From Alphaproteobacteria bacterium (GTDB lineage: Bacteria > Pseudomonadota > Alphaproteobacteria > UBA828), in assembly GCA_963422645.2 (NCBI GenBank), contig OY730417.2:1-28078 (forward strand): DNA of 28,078 nt, given 5' to 3'. Positions 1 through 8,249 of this stretch are shown here, in pieces; the stretch's first letter is position 1; each line of letters opens with the position of its first letter. The notes beneath the pieces are model-generated. The model had not been told where the DNA came from. It searched no databases and saw only the letters and a program-made list of their open reading frames with translations. The position numbers and the translations under genes are program-made.

Positions 1-197
1 GGGCGATGCGGCTTCCGGGCTTTCCGGAGCGTCGCCACTGCTTCTTCAGCCCCGGCAGGACCTCGGCGGCCTGTTCCATGCGCTGCTGTGCGGCCATTGA
101 GAAGGCGCGGCCGAGCTGGGTGTTGAAGGGTCTGCGAGGGCGGCGGTGACCCCGCCGGACCCGCCGCCGAGACGATCAACTGCGGATGCCAGTCGCT
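1..197. repeat. Rearranged second copy of the phage MuF-fragment repeat, continuing from 27983-28078 across the circular junction
   Basis: 1-148 matches 18068-18215 directly; 149-197 is the reverse complement of ~17941-17989; 1-17 is identical to 28062-28078. Confidence 0.9.
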
Positions 198-199
198 AG

Positions 200-649
200 C
201 TACGGTGCGAGCGGATTCAGTGTCGTCAGCCCTTCGTTGGTTGCCGCTTCGCAGAGGCGCGCGTCCGCGCAGACGAAGGTCACCGCCTCCGGCATGCCCT
301 CACGCACGACCAGACAGCCCGCGAGTTGAAGCGCGTCGTAGGCGCGGAGCGGGTGCCGGTCGATCAGCCGGGCGGCCTCCTCCATCACCGCTGAAGTCGA
401 GGGCTGCACCAGGAAGAGCGCCGAGGTGTCGTCTTCGATCCGCCTGAGCACAAGAACCGCGTCCGCCGCTGCGATGTCGCCCTCACGCTCGCGCCGGCGA
501 ACTGCCGACCGGGCTTCGACCGGGGTGAGGTCCAGGATGACGATCCGGCCGGCGGTGACCTCTTCCGCGACGTTGACGACCCGCTCCGTGCCCTCCTCCG
601 CGATGTAGAGCTTGAGCAGTGCGCTCGTGTCGAGATAGATGCTCGCCAT
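200..649 (-). CDS. vapC: PIN-domain toxin, VapC family
   Basis: N-terminal YLDTSALLKLY, central E (PVEARSA) and LRAYDALQLA...CADARL motifs are typical PIN acidic residues. Confidence 0.9.
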   Translation of the reverse strand: MASIYLDTSALLKLYIAEEGTERVVNVAEEVTAGRIVILDLTPVEARSAVRRREREGDIAAADAVLVLRRIEDDTSALFLVQPSTSAVMEEAARLIDRHPLRAYDALQLAGCLVVREGMPEAVTFVCADARLCEAATNEGLTTLNPLAP

Positions 650-658
650 TCGAACCGC

Positions 659-1333
659 CTAGCGTCTGTCGCCGAGAACCGTGTCTGCGATCGTACCGCC
701 TCGTATGGGGATCGGCGCGAAGGCAACGCCCCTCTTTGCGGTGTCTGTCTGGAACCGCGGATGCCGCCGATTGACCCTGATTGCGGTGACCGGGTGAAGC
801 GGGTTGTTCGGGTTGGGAACCTGGCTCGTCAGGATCAATCGCTGCCCGGTCGCGTGGCGCAACAGGACACCGTTATCCCTCGGGTCGCTGGACCATTCGC
901 GGCCACGCGAAGGAAGATACTGGTCGCGGAACCATTTCAGGCTGACGAATTCCCGCGCACTTTCGACCTCCGCAAGATCATCAAGAAGCTGGCCTATAGC
1001 CGTCTCGCAATCGAGCGCACCTGCGCTGCCGCCACCTGCTTCGGAAGCGTCCGGCCGGTGTAGGGCGACCTCGTCGTACGGATCGTCCGCCGGCACGAAC
1101 TGGATCACCACCTCGCAGCTCTCCGGGGCGAAATAACTGGCGTCGGCGTCCTTGCGGACTCTCCTGCCTCCGTCCCGGCCTCGAATGCTCACCTGGGGCT
1201 CGTAGTCACCCAACGGCAAGTGCCGCAATCCCTGCAGCGCCGGCGGCAAGGCAGACCCACTCAAGCTCTTGAGGTTGGCGAGGCCTTGCTCGATTTCAAA
1301 CACGACATCCTGAATTTTCATTACATTCTCCAT
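659..1333 (-). CDS. Hypothetical protein, probable atypical antitoxin or regulator of vapC
   Basis: Ends 9 nt upstream of vapC in the same orientation; C-terminus PIPIRGGTIADTVLGDRR resembles VapB-type toxin-binding tails; AT-rich promoter upstream. Confidence 0.6.
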   Translation of the reverse strand: MENVMKIQDVVFEIEQGLANLKSLSGSALPPALQGLRHLPLGDYEPQVSIRGRDGGRRVRKDADASYFAPESCEVVIQFVPADDPYDEVALHRPDASEAGGGSAGALDCETAIGQLLDDLAEVESAREFVSLKWFRDQYLPSRGREWSSDPRDNGVLLRHATGQRLILTSQVPNPNNPLHPVTAIRVNRRHPRFQTDTAKRGVAFAPIPIRGGTIADTVLGDRR

Positions 1334-1339
1334 ACATTA

Positions 1340-1390
1340 TCTTGTTGTATCTAGTTTATTTCTTGATACTAAATACAATGTATCACGTTT
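1340..1390 (-). promoter_or_regulatory. AT-rich promoter with inverted-repeat operator candidates
   Basis: TTGTATCTAGT (1345-1355) / ACTAAATACAA (1368-1378) imperfect inverted repeat; overlapping TGATAC/GTATCA (1364-1385). Confidence 0.5.
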
Positions 1391-1527
1391 CTTCGAGATT
1401 TCAAGCGTAATGTCGCGGTGTGCGGCCCTCGGTGCGAATCGAGGTACACGGCCGCGGTGGTGCCGGGGCGGCACCTACAATCGGCAGGCGTTGCGACGAG
1501 CGTTGCGTTACGCAGCAGCGCCCTGCC

Positions 1528-1710
1528 CTACTCCGCGGCTTCGGCGATGTCGTCGGCCGTGCCGAAGTGGCCGAACATGCCGGTGAAGCGCTTGCGCTCC
1601 GGCGGGCGGCAGGTCTTGCGCTTGCTGGTCTTGAGCCCGGCGAGGCCGGCCGCGAGGTCCGCCCTGGTGGCGCGCTCGCCTTGCCCGTTGCGGATCGCGG
1701 CTGCGGTCAT
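1528..1710 (-). pseudogene. Fragment of DUF1640/CCDC90-like coiled-coil protein
   Basis: AAAIRNGQGERATRADL matches ASAIRAGQGDLATRADL at 26519-26782; lacks N-terminus and TM tail. Confidence 0.5.
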
Positions 1711-1727
1711 GGTGTGGTTCCCGTGAA

Positions 1728-1754
1728 ATCACCGCCAACTGAATTGGCGGTGAT
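1728..1754. terminator. Perfect 11-bp hairpin, possible terminator or operator
   Basis: ATCACCGCCAA-CTGAA-TTGGCGGTGAT downstream of the HTH gene; no clear U-tract. Confidence 0.35.
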
Positions 1755-1808
1755 CCTGCGAAGACCGTCAAACCGCCTCTCGCGACCCGTCCTTGAGGCC
1801 GCTCCCCC

Positions 1809-2153
1809 TCAACCTCCCGCGATCCTCGCCCACCATCTGCGCCGCGCCGGGGCGCGGGCCTCCAGCAGCGTCATGAGCCGGTCGCGGTGCGCCCGCGCGT
1901 CGGCGAGATCCTCCCGGAGCCGCACGTTCTCAGCCTGTAGTACAGCCAGTTGCGCACTGTCGCTCCGAGGTGATGGCAGAGCGACGCGCGAGACAGGCTC
2001 CCCGTAGACGCGCACAAGCTCCGACGTGTCCACCACTGTTGCACCACGATCGTCCCTTGCGGCGCTCAGCTTGCCATTCCTTATGGCACGGTACAGGGTG
2101 GCACGGCTTGGCCAGCCCTGTTTTGCAGCCTGTAGCAGGGTGATTTCCGGCAT
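1809..2153 (-). CDS. Excisionase/MerR-like HTH plus coiled-coil DNA-binding protein of the kind found beside plasmid rep genes
   Basis: MPEITLLQAAK...SRATLYRAIRNGKLSA...VDTSELVRVYG, then a coiled coil and RRRWWARI tail; divergent from the rep candidate; start chosen at ATG 2153. Confidence 0.75.
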   Translation of the reverse strand: MPEITLLQAAKQGWPSRATLYRAIRNGKLSAARDDRGATVVDTSELVRVYGEPVSRVALPSPRSDSAQLAVLQAENVRLREDLADARAHRDRLMTLLEARAPARRRWWARIAGG

Positions 2154-2418
2154 GTACCGCTCAGCCGTGATTGAAGCACGTGAGGCATTCTCGCGAGATT
2201 TCGGGCGGCGGCAAGGCTCAAAAGGGCGATTCTCACGGACCTGAGCCAGCCAGGCCGGGCAGTCGGCCGTGAAGTCGCCGAGAATCGTGCTAGAGTGCGG
2301 ACGGGGCGCGGTGAGCGCGCGCCGGTTTTCAGCAGGGATCGGGGCCTGATCCGCCACCGAGAGGCTGCATGACGCGCCGATGGCGACGGCACACCGGCGT
2401 GCAGGGAAGGACGCCAGG

Positions 2419-3495
2419 ATGAGCGGGGAGACGGACGACCTGTTCGACATCAACGAGACCAAAAACCCGTCATTGCGTACCGCGCTCGCACGCATGAACG
2501 AGCAGCGGCAGGCGCATCCCGACTACGGGGCAGACGGGCAGGCGGACGTCGAGAAATCGGCCACTCCAAAGCCGAAGGAACCGGAGCCGATCACGGCGGT
2601 GAGGCCCCGACGGCGGGTGAAGGAAGTGGTGCCGAACCTCGATCGGGATGATCGGATCATCCCGGCTCGCCTCGCCATGTTCGACGGTGCGGAAGGCGAT
2701 TCGCGTGGTCGCCTGTTCTCTCCCGCGATGCATCGCATGCTTCGGGGCGACGGTCGGCAGCAACTCCTGCCGGGCTTCGAGCATGACGTGCGGACCCCGG
2801 CGCTACCGTTAGCGCTCTACGAGCTCGGCGTGAATCACACCTCGCCCGGACCGGGAGCGCCAGTGGCGCTCCGGCTGTTCGTCGAGAGCATTCTCGCTGC
2901 GCCCTACCACGAGCGTGACATGGACCAGTCCGTGACCTTCGACGTTCCCATGCGAACGCTGGTCAGGCGCTTGTGGCCGAATCGTCGGCGCAAGCGCAAC
3001 GAGTGGTTCCCTGTCATTGCATCGGCGCGCGACGTGCTGGCGAGCCGCGAGGCCGGAATCCCGTGGCCTGGCGGCGTGCGCTGGGCCGTCACGATGACCA
3101 ACCTGCCGATCGATATCGCCGATGACGTGCGCCTCGTGGTGGACCTGCCGCCCGGCGCCAAGGACGGGCCGCAAGTCTCGCCGCGCCTGCACCTCTACGG
3201 GCCGCAACGCGGCAAGCACTATCGGGCGCTCCTGAACCTCGCCTATTGGTGGCACGAACCAGGCCGGACCCTCGTGCCGGCAGATGGCGGCTCACACTGG
3301 CTCCGCGTCAAGGATCCGCGCCGCTATCGCAAGCCGAACGACGCCGAGCTCGTGAATCTCGTGTTCCCGACGGCCGCACGCAGGCAATTCCGCAACCTGC
3401 GCGGTGAGGCACTGAAGGTGCTCGCGGACCTGCGCGACGACGGCGAACTCCGCGAGCTGGACGGCAAGCCGCTCCCGCCGGTGGCGCCCGAGTAG
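2419..3495 (+). CDS. Putative plasmid replication initiator (divergent, family not recognised)
   Basis: 358-aa ORF with purine-rich RBS, immediately followed by an iteron array and AT-rich region; function inferred from context only. Confidence 0.6.
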   Translation: MSGETDDLFDINETKNPSLRTALARMNEQRQAHPDYGADGQADVEKSATPKPKEPEPITAVRPRRRVKEVVPNLDRDDRIIPARLAMFDGAEGDSRGRLFSPAMHRMLRGDGRQQLLPGFEHDVRTPALPLALYELGVNHTSPGPGAPVALRLFVESILAAPYHERDMDQSVTFDVPMRTLVRRLWPNRRRKRNEWFPVIASARDVLASREAGIPWPGGVRWAVTMTNLPIDIADDVRLVVDLPPGAKDGPQVSPRLHLYGPQRGKHYRALLNLAYWWHEPGRTLVPADGGSHWLRVKDPRRYRKPNDAELVNLVFPTAARRQFRNLRGEALKVLADLRDDGELRELDGKPLPPVAPE

Positions 3496-3499
3496 GAGG

Positions 3500-3650
3500 G
3501 GGGGCAGAAGCCCGTGCGCTAGGGGGCAGAAGCCCGTGCGCTAGGGGGCAGAAGCCCGTGCGCTAGGGGGCAGAAGCCCGTGCGCTAGGGGGCAGAAGCC
3601 CGTGCGCTAGGGGGCAGAAGCCCGTGCGCTAGGGGGCAGAAGCCCGTGCG
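3500..3650 (+). repeat. Iteron array, 7 x 22 bp GGGGGCAGAAGCCCGTGCGCTA (last copy 19 bp)
   Basis: Exact tandem copies start at 3500, 3522, 3544, 3566, 3588, 3610 and 3632; no spacers. Confidence 0.9.
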
Positions 3651-3690
3651 TTTTTCTCCATAAGTTACTGATATTAAACAAACTCAACTC
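3651..3690. promoter_or_regulatory. AT-rich unwinding element of putative oriV
   Basis: TTTTTCTCCATAAGTTACTGATATTAAACAAACT abuts the iterons in a high-GC background; GC hairpin follows at 3723-3754. Confidence 0.6.
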
Positions 3691-3855
3691 GCCCCTACCC
3701 CTACCTCTACAGAGGAGGGGGAGGGGAGCGCGCCGTATGAGAAGCGCGCTCCCCCTTCCTAAAACCGACAAAACAAACTCGGCGTTTGCCAGCGACCATT
3801 ACCTCCCGTGAGGTCTGATCCACGCCAACGCCGACACGCAACAGGGCCAAATTGC

Positions 3856-3906
3856 GTCGGCCTGACGGCCGACAAATCATCCTGAACGACGGCCTGACGG
3901 CCGTCG
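3856..3906. repeat. Twin hairpins CGGCC-TGAC-GGCCG (copy 1)
   Basis: GTCGGCC-TGAC-GGCCGAC at 3856-3873 and CGACGGCC-TGAC-GGCCGTCG at 3887-3906, linker contains ATCATCC. Confidence 0.8.
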
Positions 3907-4424
3907 AAAAAAACGGGTCTGGCAGGACACGAGGCAACCGCCGGGGCAAGCCGCAGGTCCTCGTCCCGCGCTCCTGACTGACGGTGCAAGCCGGTCGACC
4001 ACGATCATTCCCGGAGGAGCAAGCCGGACGGTCAACCGCTGCGCTTCGCTCCGCTCGTGAGCAGCGATCCGACGCCGGACCGGGTCACACCGCTGCGGTC
4101 CGCGCGCTTCGCGCATCCGGCCGTGAAGCCACCTGCCGTCACCAAGTCCCCGCCTTGCGTTGGATGCATGCCCACGTCGCCGGCGCCGGGCCGAGCTGGA
4201 TCCGCCCGAGCCCGCTCGTCGGCGCTGACCGCTCCCGGCCATGCGCGAAGCACATGCCGCCACGCCCGGAACAGCCTCACAGGTCGAGCCGGGGGAACCG
4301 GCCAGAATGTGCCGTTGAGCGCCCTCACGGCTTCACAGGGCGCCGCTCGGCCGGGAAGGGGGAAAATATGCATGAGAGAGCCCCTGCGCGCTCCTGGGCC
4401 GTTCTGGGCCTCCTGGGGCCGTTC

Positions 4425-4641
4425 CGGGGTGAGTTCGAGCCGCCGCGCAATCCGGCTCGATCCGGATGCCCTGTTCGTCGAGGCGCTGATGGATCATCGC
4501 GATGTCGGTCTGAACATTCGCCAGGTGGCGCTCCATCGAGGACACGCGGCCACGGAGCTCGCCCAGGCCCCGGGAGAGATCGTCGAGCTGCGCGCGGATC
4601 GCGCGCATGTGCTCCAACAGCAGGTTTTCGGCTTCAGGCGC
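4425..4641 (-). pseudogene. Small coiled-coil hypothetical protein, copy 1 (frameshifted, start missing)
   Basis: APEAENLLLEHMRAIRAQLDDL...RLELT, paralogous to 7035-7281; +1 shift near 4455. Confidence 0.6.
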
Positions 4642-4876
4642 TTGACCTCCATGTGCTCCGCGGCCGTCAACGTGATCGATACCGACTTCGTTCCATCCGG
4701 CCTCATGATCCATCCCCTCTCGTGACCATGAGACCAGCCCATGCAAGTTCAGTTGCCTTGTTCTGGCGCCTACGCAGCCCCCCACTCCCACCACGTCAAC
4801 ACCCTCCCCCGCCCCTTCCACCGATCTCGTTTCCTGCCCACCATCCATACCGTTCTCACCCCATCCACGGTCCAGT

Positions 4877-5218
4877 TTGTCTCGATCCTCCCCTGAACAA
4901 CTTGCGCACACCGATGCACTTCCAGTGCGGGCCGAACCACGAAGCCTCGAAAACCGCGCCGGCGCGCCCGACGCGCTCGTGCTACCGACGGTCATTCGCC
5001 TGAGGAGCGACGATTTCAGTTGGCCGCGGATCGCCCGGGAGCTCGAGGAGCTGTTCGAGCCGCCTGGTCGCCGCGGCCGGCCAGGCAAGTGGCACGCAAC
5101 CGCAGTGCGGAGGATCGCGCAGCGACATCGAGCGGCGCTGCACGACGCGGAGAGCGCCGTCAACGACGGGCAGGCCACGCAGAAACAGAACCTCCGGATC
5201 GAGGACCGGTCGCGGTGA
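4877..5218 (+). CDS. Small protein resembling the C-terminal HTH of serine recombinases, copy 1 (start uncertain)
   Basis: IRLRSDDFSWPRIARELEELFEPPG...GKWHATAVRRI; paralog at 5786-6040. Confidence 0.45.
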   Translation: MSRSSPEQLAHTDALPVRAEPRSLENRAGAPDALVLPTVIRLRSDDFSWPRIARELEELFEPPGRRGRPGKWHATAVRRIAQRHRAALHDAESAVNDGQATQKQNLRIEDRSR

Positions 5219-5243
5219 GAGGCGCGCCTTCGGGCAGTTGTGG

Positions 5244-5255
5244 TATACATGTATA
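5244..5255. promoter_or_regulatory. Palindromic operator of relBE
   Basis: Perfect palindrome TATACATGTATA 22 nt upstream of the antitoxin ATG. Confidence 0.65.
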
Positions 5256-5277
5256 TCAATGCCGGAAGGATCGACGC

Positions 5278-5508
5278 ATGAAACAGGCTGCCGTGCGCCT
5301 GCCCGAGGCCACCTACGACCGTTTGCAAGCTCTCGCCGCTCGGACGGGCCGCACCGCGACGTTCTACATTCGCGAGGCGATCGAGCAGCATCTCGAGGAC
5401 CTCGAAGACTTGTACGCTGCCGAGAAGGCAGCCATCGAACACCGCAAGTCCGGCGAGCGCACCATCTCGCTTGACGAGTTGGGCCATCACCTTGACCTGG
5501 AGAGTTGA
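5278..5508 (+). CDS. relB: Ribbon-helix-helix antitoxin (RelB/CopG-like)
   Basis: MKQAAVRLPEATYDRLQALAARTGRTATFYIREAIEQHLEDLEDLY...ISLDEL; overlaps the toxin start. Confidence 0.85.
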   Translation: MKQAAVRLPEATYDRLQALAARTGRTATFYIREAIEQHLEDLEDLYAAEKAAIEHRKSGERTISLDELGHHLDLES

Positions 5509-5767
5509 GATCGCGGAGAGCGCGGCCAGGCAGATCAAAAAGCCGGGACCCTCCGGTGCAGCGCGCATCCGCGACTGCTTGCGCGACCGGATCGCGCGCC
5601 TCCAGGATCCGCGCCAGCTTGGAAAGCCGCTACGTGGCTCCGAGCTCGGCGCCTTTTGGCGCTATCGTGTCGGGGACTACCGCATCCTCTGCGAGCTTCG
5701 CGACTACGAGCTGCTGGTGCTCGTGATCGAGGTCGGTCATCGCCGTTCGATCTACAACCGTCCCTGA
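5492..5767 (+). CDS. relE: RelE/StbE family toxin
   Basis: TTG start; DPRQLGKPLRG...WRYRVGDYRILCE...VLVIEVGHRRSIY signature. Confidence 0.9.
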   Translation: MTWRVEIAESAARQIKKPGPSGAARIRDCLRDRIARLQDPRQLGKPLRGSELGAFWRYRVGDYRILCELRDYELLVLVIEVGHRRSIYNRP

Positions 5768-5785
5768 TGATCCCCTGCGGCGGGC

Positions 5786-6040
5786 TTGGTCGGCAAGGTG
5801 AACCAGAACGAGGACCGTGATGTCCTTGCAATGGCTGAGGCACGCCGCCGCGAGTTCCGCGGCACGGGCGGCCCACAGCGCGCGCACGACGCGCTCGTCT
5901 CGCCGACGATCCTGCGCTTGAGAGGCGAGGGGTTGAGCTGGGCGCGGGTCGCCCAGGAACTCGACGGGCTGTTCGAGCCGCCCGGCTGGCGCGGCTGCTA
6001 CCAGCCAGGCGATTGGCACGCGAGCGCCGGCTGGCGCTAG
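5786..6040 (+). CDS. Recombinase-HTH-like small protein, copy 2 (probably truncated)
   Basis: DALVSPTILRLRGEGLSWARVAQELDGLFEPPG...WHA, homologous to 4877-5218. Confidence 0.45.
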   Translation: MVGKVNQNEDRDVLAMAEARRREFRGTGGPQRAHDALVSPTILRLRGEGLSWARVAQELDGLFEPPGWRGCYQPGDWHASAGWR

Positions 6041-6588
6041 GTGGATTGCCGCTCCGATCTACCGACCAGGCTAAGGCTCATCTGCGCCGCGTCGCTCTGC
6101 GCCTTGTCCCGCTCCTTCCCGGTCAGGTGAGTGCCCACGTTCGGGTTCATGAAGTACCGCACGCCCCGGCCCTCGCGGACCCGCGACACCGCGCCGATCT
6201 CCACGAGCTCCGTCATGATCCGCGACAGGTTCCGAGGACTGATGCCCACCCGCTCCGCGAGCTCCGCCCTGGTCAACGCGATCTCGCCGGTATCGAAGCG
6301 CAGCGCAGTGAACAACTCGGCCCAGGTTGCCATCGCCGCCATCGGCCGCTTGCTGTTCTCCCGCAGCCAGGCGACCACCGCCCGGTTCTCTCTCGGTCCG
6401 ATCATGACGAACGTCCACCCCCTCTCCGATGCGGTCTGGCCGTCAACGGCCGCGATCACCTGCGTCACGGCATCCGCAGGCAGGTTCTTCACCTCCGCCA
6501 GGTCAAGGAGAAGCTGCCGCACCTCCTGCGCCTGGCCGGCCTCGAACCGCTCACGCTTCGAGCGGAACTTGTGCAACGCCGCTGCCAT
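6037..6588 (-). CDS. RepL-like / winged-HTH plasmid replication-maintenance protein
   Basis: GWTFVMIGP...DTGEIALTRAELAERVGISPRNLSRIMTELVEIGAV...YFMNPNVGTH resembles small-plasmid RepL/Crp-HTH proteins. Confidence 0.65.
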   Translation of the reverse strand: MAAALHKFRSKRERFEAGQAQEVRQLLLDLAEVKNLPADAVTQVIAAVDGQTASERGWTFVMIGPRENRAVVAWLRENSKRPMAAMATWAELFTALRFDTGEIALTRAELAERVGISPRNLSRIMTELVEIGAVSRVREGRGVRYFMNPNVGTHLTGKERDKAQSDAAQMSLSLVGRSERQST

Positions 6589-6601
6589 CGCTCGACTCCA
6601 C

Positions 6602-6645
6602 TGGTGTCACCTGGTGGCACCATGTAGTGTCACCTGGTGGCACCA
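6602..6645. promoter_or_regulatory. Tandem palindromic operator or binding sites upstream of the RepL-like gene
   Basis: GTGTCACCTGGTGGCACCA at 6604 and 6627 (23-bp period), each an imperfect palindrome. Confidence 0.7.
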
Positions 6646-6817
6646 GTCAAGCGCTACATCCCTTGCCCACCAACGGGTTCCGGCGTGCTTAAGAAGAATA
6701 TCTAGACTGTCCGGCCTGAACATTAGGCCTGCCGCTGCGATCCAAACGGCTGGGCGGCAGGCCGGCCGGCCCCCTCCCTTACCCTCCCCCTCGAGGCTTG
6801 CGCCTGTGGAGAAGGCA

Positions 6818-6869
6818 TCGGCCTGACGGCCGACTGGTCCATCATCCGACGTCGGCCTGACGGCCGACG
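6818..6869. repeat. Twin hairpins CGGCC-TGAC-GGCCG (copy 2)
   Basis: TCGGCC-TGAC-GGCCGA at 6818-6833 and CGTCGGCC-TGAC-GGCCGACG at 6850-6869, linker contains ATCATCC. Confidence 0.8.
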
Positions 6870-7034
6870 AAAAACTGGCTCGGCAGGGGGAGCGGATGCG
6901 CCGTTGAGCGTCCCTGGAGCCGCTCAGGGCGCCGAGAGCGGCCGGGAAGGGGAAAAGGGGGAAAGGGGGACTTACGGGCTGCCCCGTGCGCGCTCTTGGG
7001 GCGCCCGGCGGCCTCCTGAGGGCGTTCCGGGGTC

Positions 7035-7281
7035 CTATGCCGTCGTGAGTTCGAGGCGCCTCTCAATCCGGCCGAGCCGGGTGCCGTGACCGTCGAGGCG
7101 TTGGTGGATGATCGCAATACCGCCCTGCATGTTGGCGAGATGACGGTCGATCGTTGCCAGGTGATGCTCGATGGAGGACACGCGGTCGCTGGAGCTCGCC
7201 AAGGCCGTGGGTGAGATCGTCGAGCTGTGCGCGGATCGCACGCAGGTGCTCTGGCACCAGGTTCTCAGTTTCCGGCGGCAT
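7035..7281 (-). pseudogene. Small coiled-coil hypothetical protein, copy 2 (frameshifted)
   Basis: MPPETENLVPEHLRAIRAQLDDLTHGLGEL / DRVSSIEHHLA...RLGRIERRLELTTA split over two frames near 7190. Confidence 0.65.
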
Positions 7282-7345
7282 GACCGCAGCAGCCTACAGG
7301 ATGCGCTCGACGTGTCATCGAGGGCTGAACAGGTTTCCTGAGCCG

Positions 7346-7625
7346 CCAGGCGAAGCCGAGGAACAGCGCCAAGGCTCGGTTGATGGCGACCAGGGCGTCG
7401 TTGTCGAGGCGGCCGAGGCGCGACCCCAGCTTGTCCCGCTTCACCGTCATCGCCTTGTCCACCATGACCTGGGACCGCTCACGGAGACCGTTCCTCGCGG
7501 AAGGCTCCACGGTCAGGCGGATCAGCGGAGCCTCCACCAGCGTGCTCGACACGAGCAGCACCGTGACCGTCGCCGTGGTGTCGAACTGATCGGACTGGAT
7601 GACCAGCGCGGGCCGCGCCTTGCGT
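7346..7625 (-). pseudogene. PemK/MazF toxin lacking its N-terminus and normal stop
   Basis: KARPALVIQSDQF...NGLRERSQVMVDKAMTVKRDKLG...ALALFLGFA; no start region; TGG where a stop is expected. Confidence 0.8.
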
Positions 7626-7797
7626 CGTCCACTCGTCGGCATCCGCCAGGGCGGTGTCCATGAACTCGAGCAGATCCGGATCGGCCAGGTCGGCTTTTGC
7701 TGCGACCTGGCCCTGGCGGCGGCATTCTTCCGCGAAGCCCGGCTTCCCGAAGCGCCAGGCGGTGCTTCCGAACTCGCCGGTTCACCGATGCTGGCAT
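7622..7797 (-). pseudogene. MazE-like (DUF3018) antitoxin with internal deletion
   Basis: MPASVNRRVRKHRLALREAGLR joins out of frame to PGFAEECRRQ...FMDTALAD; the family PxQIWVPD segment is absent. Confidence 0.75.
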
Positions 7798-8117
7798 CGT
7801 GGTACAGCGTCGCCTCGGCAACACGGCACTTCGCGCTACAGCGCGAGGACGCCTTCGCCGCGATCCTTTCTCCCTGAGCGCCACCACGCCGTCCGATCCG
7901 GACGGCGGACAAATTGTGGTGTGCAGCCTCGTCACCGCCGGTCTGTCAGCACTGACGTTCATTGCGGCCAAGCCAACATCTCGCCCGGACCGAGACACGC
8001 GAGCCTGCGAATTGCGCTATCGCGCGTGAGCCGCAACACCAAAAATCGCCCGAACACAGCCCGAATCATCCGCAATTGGGGAGCGTGGGATAGTCCTGCA
8101 CCCACGCCTCGCGGGGG

Positions 8118-8147
8118 TTGACACTGCCGGGGAGGGGGGGGGAAGAT
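8118..8147 (+). promoter_or_regulatory. Sigma70-type promoter with G9 tract in the spacer
   Basis: Perfect TTGACA at 8118-8123, 18-nt spacer CTGCCGGGGA-G-run (G9 at 8134-8142), weak -10 GAAGAT; ~100 nt upstream of the lipoprotein ATG. Confidence 0.5.
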
Positions 8148-8249
8148 GCAGGCGGCTTCGTGGGTTCCCGGGTGGGGACTTCATGCTCGCTGCGTAGTGC
8201 CGGTCGGGCTTCCGGGTCCGGCGGGAAACCGACCGAGGGGAATTGAGCG

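Noticed and set aside
3500-3650. CRISPR array
   Set aside because: Repeats are head-to-tail without spacers and there are no cas genes; an iteron array fits better
3984-5568. ORFs 3984-5003 (+) and 4333-5568 (-) as single genes
   Set aside because: Low-complexity read-through of intergenic DNA, a pseudogene fragment and the antisense of relB
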